Part shown: positions 42,791 through 50,700 of the stretch, piece after piece
Numbering within the stretch: position 1 is the stretch's first letter
How the letters are laid out: every line of letters starts with the position of its first letter
Assembly (NCBI GenBank): GCA_037443035.1
Contig: JBBIPC010000008.1
Span: 73,426 to 137,425, forward strand
DNA: 64,000 nucleotides
Reading direction: 5' to 3'
Source: Chthonomonadales bacterium
GTDB lineage: Bacteria > Armatimonadota > Chthonomonadetes > Chthonomonadales > CAJBBX01
Translations under genes and position numbers: made by a program
The notes under the pieces: generated by a model
The model's input: the letters and a program-made list of their open reading frames with translations, nothing else
What the model was told of the DNA's origin: nothing
Database searches by the model: none

Positions 42791-43218
42791 TTCTGAACTC
42801 CCTTTCGCTCCACGAAGCCGATGAATCGACGCTCGGCCAGCGTCTGCAGGTACCGCGCTACAGAAGCTTCCACCTCGGCACGGTTCATCTTGTACTCCTT
42901 TATCATGGCACGAACAATGGCCTCGACGGTGTGATCACCATCGCATAGGCGCCACACGAACGTTCCGACTTCGTCCAGCCGAACCTTGCGAGCCTCCGGC
43001 AGGTGCACCAGAACGGCCACAATGCGTGCCACACGGTCTTTCCTGTACGGTATAGTCAGTTCGGCCTCGCCACCCTGGATTTCCTGCCACTCGATGGCGC
43101 TGTTTCGGATGGGTCGGAGACGCAGCAGAGCCTGACGGTCGCCATGCGGCGCACGCCGTACGAAGGGCAAATAGCGCGCCGCGAGCCACTCCAGGCGCTG
43201 ACTCAGTGACATTCGCAT
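42787..43218 (-). CDS. Stand-alone PqqD / RiPP recognition element (RRE) protein
   Basis: LDEVGTFVWRLCDGDHTVEAIV....YL.TL.ERRFI winged-helix signature; start 43218 or 43212. Confidence 0.85.
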   Translation of the reverse strand: MRMSLSQRLEWLAARYLPFVRRAPHGDRQALLRLRPIRNSAIEWQEIQGGEAELTIPYRKDRVARIVAVLVHLPEARKVRLDEVGTFVWRLCDGDHTVEAIVRAMIKEYKMNRAEVEASVARYLQTLAERRFIGFVERKGVQK

Positions 43219-44204
43219 CGTGTGACGAGATCTCCGAGAATGCTCTGCTTGCCGCGTGGCAGCCAGGTCTGCACGGCGTAGAGCTTGTTCGTCTCCGAAC
43301 ACTCCCACGCACATGCTTCATATACGGTTGCAGGTCGCAACGTCGGCAACGCGTCTCGAACAGCGACGATCCGTCCGAGTAAACTACGCACGGCGCCTCG
43401 TGCAACAACGCCGTCGTGCTCGTTCAAGACGGCATCGGAGTAGGCGGGACGGTAGCGATCAGCACTTGCCGTTGTCGCCAGCCATTCGCGCAACGTGAAT
43501 CTCTTGCGCGCCAGGTTCGCAAGACCCCAACGCTCGATGAGTATCCGTCCTGCGCCGGGCTGGTGGAACCCCAGTTTCAGGTAGCCAGACATGAATTGAT
43601 AGGTTTCGAGACGGAACACCTCCGGCACGGCTGCCACCAGATCGAATGCCGCCCACACGCACCACCCGTCTTCGGCATGGTCTCGTATGTCACTGAAAAC
43701 GGCAGCGGCTGTGTCGGTGACAGGATCCCTGGGCTGACCTACTACCTGGGCGATCACGGTCCGTTGGCAGACCTTACAGAACCAGATCTTCCCTTGGCCT
43801 TGGCCTCCGCCTGTCCAGGAGAAGTGATGCGCGATGCGGGTTCCATCGGCCTCCGTAGTCTCCGGCTTGATCTTGGAGGAAAAAGGCTGGCCTGACCTCC
43901 GCGCCCTCTTCGCGGTGTCTTTCAGGTAGGCGTCGAGCAACGTCCGCAGGTCGGGTGGAGTGGTAGGAGCGGGTGGTGTCTTTCGCACGATGCGTATGGC
44001 ACGTGCCGCCCATCCTGCGACCGTACGAGGCCGTGATGACGCCAGCGGATCGGTCCACTTGACCTGCAGGAACATGGTCCCGGGGGAGTCGACCTTGAGG
44101 TAGCCATCCGAGCGATCCGCCGATACTCCTGACACGTTCCAGTCACCAGGTACCAGGAGGCGAATACCATCCCAACCGATGACAGCCCGCTCTGTTCGAC
44201 CCAT
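43203..44204 (-). CDS. Hypothetical protein with two internally repeated domains
   Basis: Coupled to both neighbours; halves share W..(I/L)...VP..(W/F)....GYLK and a terminal W.C motif. Confidence 0.75.
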   Translation of the reverse strand: MGRTERAVIGWDGIRLLVPGDWNVSGVSADRSDGYLKVDSPGTMFLQVKWTDPLASSRPRTVAGWAARAIRIVRKTPPAPTTPPDLRTLLDAYLKDTAKRARRSGQPFSSKIKPETTEADGTRIAHHFSWTGGGQGQGKIWFCKVCQRTVIAQVVGQPRDPVTDTAAAVFSDIRDHAEDGWCVWAAFDLVAAVPEVFRLETYQFMSGYLKLGFHQPGAGRILIERWGLANLARKRFTLREWLATTASADRYRPAYSDAVLNEHDGVVARGAVRSLLGRIVAVRDALPTLRPATVYEACAWECSETNKLYAVQTWLPRGKQSILGDLVTRCECH

Positions 44205-44212
44205 GTCTACTG

Positions 44213-44791
44213 CTACCCGCCGATGTCGCTGGATGAGGATCGTGGCGAGGGATTGTCCAACTTCACACGGGCGCTGCCGTCCGCATAGCCGATCCAGTTT
44301 CCTCGCGCATATCCGCTCTTGGCTCTACTTCGTGTGACATGCCTGCCCGGACGTGGCAGCTCCGAAGGACTACCCGCAGCATTGTGCTGGCTTGTGTCGC
44401 TGTCGAAGACGACCGGCGTCTGCTCGAGACGGTCTATATGGTCGCGGGACTTGGCGGAGACCTGGCGGTTCATGGCGTAGCCCCAGGTGTCCTTCTGCAG
44501 ATCCTTCCAGGCTGGACATCGGCGATATCGCGGTTCGACGTAAGGGGCGATGGCCGTTTCCCACTGGCTTGCAGGCGCATACATGGACTCGTAGTCGTCG
44601 GCGTACAGGTTGAAGGCCCGCGCGAGCATGTGCATATTCCGGCGGCATTCCACCGACTCTCCGAGCTCACGGATGGGACCGAGATAACGACCCAACATCC
44701 ACATCACGACATAGCCAAGCACAACAGCGACGCCGGCTGCGGCAAACGCCCTGAGCAACCACGGACGACTTGCGCGCTCATCGAGGCGCAT
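44213..44791 (-). CDS. Membrane-anchored DUF1559/H-X9-DG-like protein
   Basis: TM, CRRNM..LA.A...YA.D, CP, GYAMN, FDS, GRH...N...YADG; start uncertain. Confidence 0.7.
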   Translation of the reverse strand: MRLDERASRPWLLRAFAAAGVAVVLGYVVMWMLGRYLGPIRELGESVECRRNMHMLARAFNLYADDYESMYAPASQWETAIAPYVEPRYRRCPAWKDLQKDTWGYAMNRQVSAKSRDHIDRLEQTPVVFDSDTSQHNAAGSPSELPRPGRHVTRSRAKSGYARGNWIGYADGSARVKLDNPSPRSSSSDIGG

Positions 44792-44849
44792 CGGCGCTCG
44801 CGTCTCCAGGCGGCAACAGGATTCGATCCATGGCTCCGCCCGGTATGGC

Positions 44850-45650
44850 CTACTTGGCCGCGATAGGCCCGGAATGGCCGTCCGCGTAGACCGCGTAGTT
44901 GGTACCTTCGTGGCGACCCGGCACAGGCAGAGTATGTAGACCGCCGTGCGCATTGGGGCCTGGCAATGTGGAGTCGAAGAATAGGGGTGTACTGCTGGGA
45001 CTCGGTACCTCCTGCACGCTCTTGCCGCCCAGTGTCTCGTTCATCGCATAACCGTGCCCATCATCGCCCGCGGCTGGACAATGCAGGTACTTGCGGTCGG
45101 ATACAGTCTCTTGCAGTGCTTCTTCCCAACGGTCCGCAGGCGGCAGTTTCCCGTCCCAACTATCCGCGTAAAGCATGGCGGCCGTGTAGAGTTTCTCTAG
45201 GTGTTCTGGACAGCTAGCGCTACTGGTCGTCTGTCGAGCTGGCGCAGGTCGCAACTGTCGGATCAGGCCCACCACCGGTTGCAGATCGCGTCCCGACCAG
45301 ACTGCCCCGGCCACCACCAGCACGGTTCCCAGCAGAATCGGCCATCGTCCGCCGTAGGCGAAGAGGCTGCCGGCAAGCAGGCTCGCGCAAATCGCCGGGA
45401 GCAGGAGGCTCAGAGGCCCGAGCCCGACCTGAGTCCCGCCGATACTCAGCTCCTTGCCCGATACCAGACTGATTCCCGCACCCCAGAGAACCGCTGCGAC
45501 GATGCCTACAACGAGTGCACTTCGCCCGGCGCGACGGCTTCCCAACCACGCCGCCAGGACGTGGCCCACGATCGGCAGCGGTGCGAGGATCACGGATGCG
45601 ACCAGCGTCAGCAGCAATGCTAGGGGTAGGTTGCCACGCTCTTTCTGCAT
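44850..45650 (-). CDS. Multi-TM protein with a C-terminal H-X9-DG domain
   Basis: About 4 TMs, then C..HL..L..A...YA..WDG.LPP, CP, GYAMN, and exact H-X9-DG (RHEGTNYAVYADGH); TGATG overlap with the upstream gene. Confidence 0.75.
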   Translation of the reverse strand: MQKERGNLPLALLLTLVASVILAPLPIVGHVLAAWLGSRRAGRSALVVGIVAAVLWGAGISLVSGKELSIGGTQVGLGPLSLLLPAICASLLAGSLFAYGGRWPILLGTVLVVAGAVWSGRDLQPVVGLIRQLRPAPARQTTSSASCPEHLEKLYTAAMLYADSWDGKLPPADRWEEALQETVSDRKYLHCPAAGDDGHGYAMNETLGGKSVQEVPSPSSTPLFFDSTLPGPNAHGGLHTLPVPGRHEGTNYAVYADGHSGPIAAK

Positions 45651-47686
45651 CAGAACGGCAGGTAGTTCACGGACTTGGCAATGAGCGACAGAGCAATGGC
45701 AGCCATGGCGATGAGACCTGTGCCGCAGGCGAACCCAGCCAGCAGGACCGGAGCGTACATGCGCCACTGATCCATTCCGAATCGCTTGGCGAAGTACCGC
45801 CTGCCTAGCCATGCACCGAAGAAGGTAGGGATTATATCAGCCGGCCATGCACCAACGCCTCCAACCATGCCGTAGTAGAACAGCGCTGGTACTTTGGCGA
45901 GGGAAAGAATGCCATACAATCCAAGACCCGCGAGAATGCCCGCTCCTATGCGCGTCATATTGATACCTTCCAGTACCCACTTGGGGCCGTCTGGCTTGTT
46001 GATCGTCTGGAACATGGCCTGGAATGTGGCGGCAAGGGGCCAGAAGCGCTGCGCGTAGGGATGTTGCGACGACGGAATGGCGCTCGTATGCCAGAAGAAC
46101 GCCCAGAAGACGAAGGATGCGGTCAGGAAGATCGGCAGCACGAGGAACTCCACCTTGACGACGCTCGTGAACTTCGTGCCGGTCAGCTCTACTTCCCGGA
46201 ACCGCTGCGCCAGCGGCCCGTAGTCCGCGAGCGGAATGGGGGCATACCAGATGTCCACATGAGGGTAGCCGCTCTTCATGATGGATGCTTCTCGGAGGAA
46301 CGGGAAGGAGACTCCACTGCCAGTCAGCCCCATCATTCGGGCACTAATAAAGGAGTTGATGGGTGTCCAGATCAGGCCGAAGAAGATGAGAATAGACCAA
46401 GGAAACTGCCCACCGTGACCGTCCACATGGAGCAGGTACTGAGTCAGGCCGATGTAGAAACATGTGATGACGAACCAGATGGACAGCGGGATGAGAATGT
46501 GGATATCTCCTCTGCCCTTGGGTACTTCGCTGAAGAGACCACGCCCTTTTGTTTCCCTGCGGTACTTGGCCAACGCTTTCACTACCTGAACAACACCAAT
46601 CAAGGCAACGGCAAGTTGCAGCCCGATGCCAATAGACATCCAGAACTTGATGTCAGTGATCAGCCTAGTGTTGATGGCATCCATGCCGCGCGTCCACCCG
46701 TTCGTCGCAGCGGTGCCAAAGGCGCCGAGGCCGTAAAGGATGTTAGGTCCTGGGAATACCTTGCAGAGCAGGCTGCTGATGAAGCTACCAAGGACGATGG
46801 GATACGGAAGGACGAAGCCAACCATCACCTTCCCCAGGTCACCCGATAGGCCAGTCAAAGCGCCAGGCAGTATCGTTTCCGTGCTGGAGGTCAGATCGAA
46901 GAACGGAATCGGGATGAGCTGCATGGCCTTGTTGAAGACCACACCCGTGAAGACCGGGATGCCCACATAGAAGAACCCGAAGACAAGACCTACCACAGTG
47001 CCAATGGAGAATACGCGCCAGCGCCAGGACTCCTCCTTGCTCGCGGCTTCTGCGAGGGCCGTGGCGCCCGATGCGGCGACCGGCGCCATGGGGAAGGGCA
47101 GCCTCTCCACATCGGAAGTGACGCGGAAGAGGGTGTAGCCCATGCTCATCCAGTTCAAGCGCCCGAGCACCTCGCCGACGACGAGAAGGAGGATCGGCAC
47201 GAACCAGTCAGGATGCAAGAATGTCCTTTGGGTCAGAGCTGCAGATCCCGCAGGTGGCACCACCCAGTTCGGGATCTCGCTGGAGACCAGTCCTGCCTGT
47301 GGAGCCTGGCGGAAGTACTGATTCCAGATAAGATATCCGAACGGTCCCCCGGAGATGCCACGGTCGGCTAGCAGAAGGCTAGACAGCATGGCAGCGACGT
47401 AATAGAGGATGTAGATCTCCTGCCGCTTCATGGGGAGGAACGAGCGCCGCATGACCTCGGAGAAGAGGACGATCGTCACCCATTCGGCCGCTGCTCCCAG
47501 ACCCTGCCCTGCGACCAATCCAAGATACAGGGCACCAGGCAACATCACGAAGCCGACGAACAGAGCGCCCACGATGGTCTTGCCTGTGAAGCCCTCTTCA
47601 TAGACGATGGCTTGACCTTCGGCACCTTCTTCGGCCGAAGCCTGTTCTACCGTCGCTCTGGCTCGCGCAATATCATCAATGGCCAA
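45650..47686 (-). CDS. Large polytopic membrane protein, OPT (oligopeptide transporter)-like
   Basis: More than 12 hydrophobic segments; ERLPFPMAPV resembles the OPT-family L.FP motif; TTG start with GGAGG RBS. Confidence 0.7.
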   Translation of the reverse strand: MAIDDIARARATVEQASAEEGAEGQAIVYEEGFTGKTIVGALFVGFVMLPGALYLGLVAGQGLGAAAEWVTIVLFSEVMRRSFLPMKRQEIYILYYVAAMLSSLLLADRGISGGPFGYLIWNQYFRQAPQAGLVSSEIPNWVVPPAGSAALTQRTFLHPDWFVPILLLVVGEVLGRLNWMSMGYTLFRVTSDVERLPFPMAPVAASGATALAEAASKEESWRWRVFSIGTVVGLVFGFFYVGIPVFTGVVFNKAMQLIPIPFFDLTSSTETILPGALTGLSGDLGKVMVGFVLPYPIVLGSFISSLLCKVFPGPNILYGLGAFGTAATNGWTRGMDAINTRLITDIKFWMSIGIGLQLAVALIGVVQVVKALAKYRRETKGRGLFSEVPKGRGDIHILIPLSIWFVITCFYIGLTQYLLHVDGHGGQFPWSILIFFGLIWTPINSFISARMMGLTGSGVSFPFLREASIMKSGYPHVDIWYAPIPLADYGPLAQRFREVELTGTKFTSVVKVEFLVLPIFLTASFVFWAFFWHTSAIPSSQHPYAQRFWPLAATFQAMFQTINKPDGPKWVLEGINMTRIGAGILAGLGLYGILSLAKVPALFYYGMVGGVGAWPADIIPTFFGAWLGRRYFAKRFGMDQWRMYAPVLLAGFACGTGLIAMAAIALSLIAKSVNYLPF

Positions 47687-47761
47687 GCGCTGAGTCCTCC
47701 CTCTTGCCGATGTTGCTCCGGCGCTGCGACGCATCACGCCGTAGGTCGCGGTACACCAATG

Positions 47762-50700
47762 TCATTCCGCCGGTTGAGGTGCAGCTACCGGTACGGTACC
47801 GCCCTGGCTGGCCGCCTGCGCTTCCTTGAGATACCGCTCTCGCTCGCCCTGCTTCAATGTCCGCCAGATGAGGAACTGCTTGCGCAGGGTGTTCAAGAAG
47901 CGGCGGTTGACTCGCTTCCAGTTGGAGATGTCCCCCGACTCCCGATGGATGTTCACGCTGATCTCGAAAACGTCTGCCATGGTCGTCGGCTTGGTGATGA
48001 TGGTGAGACGCTGGCTCACACCGAGGTCGAAGGGCGCAAGCCAGGTCATGCATCGAATGCTGTACATGGTACCTTTGCCAGGCGATGGCTGTCCCAGAGG
48101 CGCTGGTAGGTCCACCTCCGTCTCCTCGGTCTCTACGTTCTGTGTGACGAAGTCGCCGATACTGTATTCCTCGTAGGCAGCGAACCACTCGGCAAGGAAG
48201 CCATTGAGCCCCTTGGCCTGATCGCCTGTCACCGAGAACGGCAGGGGGATACTCCACTCGTCGCCTTCAGGCTCCGGAACCCGCCACGATCTGTCTATTG
48301 CTGGCGTCGCTACCTCGGCGGCCTTGCGCGCGGGATAGATGGTGGAGAGGAGCACGACGCCCACCACGACCATGGTTGTCATCACCGCAGATACCGACGA
48401 GAAGTTCAGGTAGAGACCCTGGAATGCGCCTGTAGCGACGAGAATCTTGGTGGTAAGCTGGCCGAGCAGATAGCCGGCTACAGATCCCAGGATGGCGTAC
48501 ACCATGGCTTCCGCCATGAACAGCATGCCGATATGCGCGGGCGCAAGTCCGATGGAGGAGAAGATGTGGATCTCACGCACCCTCTCGAAGACGGAACCAA
48601 GCATGGTGTTCAAGACGATCAGCGCTGCAATCAGCACAGGGAAGAACACGAGCTCCAAGCCCTTGCTGGAGGTGGCCGCGATGGACGAATACCGCTCGAT
48701 AGTCGGGCGCTGATTGGGGTCCGACGGGATGCGGCCTGCGTACAGGTTCAGGCCGAGGCGATGCATGAGGGGACCGAGCGTCTCCGAGACCCTCTTGGCG
48801 TCGCCAAAGTCAATGGCGATGGAGCGCAGCTCGGCACCGAGGTTTGTCGCCGTCTTGTACGGAACGAAGAAGACCGCGTCTGGCTCCAGGTGAGTGTACT
48901 CGCGAAAACCGGTCTCGCCGCCGCCTCGTCCCTGTTGCGTGAGCTTCTGCATGAGAATGAAGTCCACCGGCGTGAGCGGTTCGCTGTCCAGGTCGAGAAT
49001 GCGCTTCAGCTTCTGAATGTCGAAGATACCTATGACGGTGTAGTCCACGCCGGCGTAGGAGACGGTAGCCTTGCCTACATCCTCTGGCTCGACGCGCAGA
49101 GCCGCTGCGATGACGTCGGGCAGGATGACGGCGTACACGTCGCCATCCCGGAACCATCTTCCCGCGATCAGTGCTTCCTGAGGTCTCGTTACCCGGGCTT
49201 CCTCGGGCGTTAGGCCGACGAGCGCTTTGGCGTCGTACTGAGCATCGGCGCGTTTGATGGTAAGGAACGACTGCTCGCCTAACTGGGTGCCGAAGAACCA
49301 TGAACGAGGCGCGACCGCGTGGTCCTTCCCGTATTCATCCGCCAATAGGCGATAGGCCGGTTCCTGGAGCTGGTCCCACATGGCGGTACGGATCATCAGG
49401 CCGTTGTAACGTGGTCTGCCGGGCGCCGGGACCTGATTGAACCGCATTACCTGAACAACGGATGTGAAGGACAGGACGGTGAAGGTCAGGAGGACCAGCG
49501 TGATCGTGGTCAGCACCGTGCGAGCCTTGCGTCTACGCATGTTGGAGATGCCCAGATTGAAGGCCGCCAGAGCCACGGATACCCGCCCGATGTCGGCTCG
49601 GTGGACGCCTGACGCCTGCTGATTCATCAGCTTGAGCTGTTCCTCGAACTTACCCACGATCATAGCAATCACGATGCACGAGAGGGCGCCCATGACGAAT
49701 GCCAACAGGACAATCACGGGGTTCATCGTGATGTCGAAGGCCGGATGGACCTGTGAGAAGATCCCGAAAATGGCCAGGAAGAAGATGGCGGCCCAACCGA
49801 GCTGTCGCTTCAGGTCGTAGGATCCGAAGAGCAGCCTCTCCAGGAAGTACGCGAAGGGTATGAGAAGCGCCAGATAGAAGAGCACTCCCTGCACGACGTC
49901 CACGGCGGTCTTCTGAACGTCGGGATATGCCCTCGATGCGTAGCCCCAGGCCGCCCGGCTCTCGGCGTCGAAGCGTTCCCAATTCAGGTCCTTCTGAGCA
50001 GCCTCGGCCCGTCGTATGGACTTCTCCGCCAGACCATGAAGCCGGTTGATTCCTTCATTGATGATGCGGTACTTCGCAAGCCGCTTGATTCGGAAATCGT
50101 TGAGCATCCACATGTCGTGGGCCACATGCAACGCCGTATGGTAGATGGCACCCTCGCGCGCAATCTCCCTGGCAGGATCGAACTTGTCCAGAGTGATCTT
50201 GCCTCGCAGCTCCGCGTCCTGTGCCTGGCTCGGATCGCCGCCAACTAGGTAACCGCGCCCCTCCGGGCGTTCCTTGTCCGGGTTGATGAGGAGCAACCGC
50301 GTAGCACCTGGTCCGGCGCCCATGAGGATCTTCAAGCGAGTACCGGGTTGCGAGAAAATGACGGCCAGGTCCTCGACGTAAGATCCCACCAGCCACGGGT
50401 CCTGCGGGTCAATGGCATACCCGAACATACGGGGCTCACCATTGGTATCGCCGTCCAGGACGTCAATGCTCACCAGTGCTCGGAGCGACTGCTGGTCCAC
50501 GAGGTCGTAGATGGACGTGGGCACGCAGCGGAAGAGGATGATGGGCACCTCCTTGCGTGCCGTCGTCACCTGGACATCCAGCGGCATGAACTTGGCGCCG
50601 GTGACACCCAGGTCCGGTGCGTAGTTGATCTGGCCCTTGTCAGGGTTCGGCACGATCCGCCCCGTGGGTTTGCCTGTGGCCGGGTCTATCTCAGGGACTT

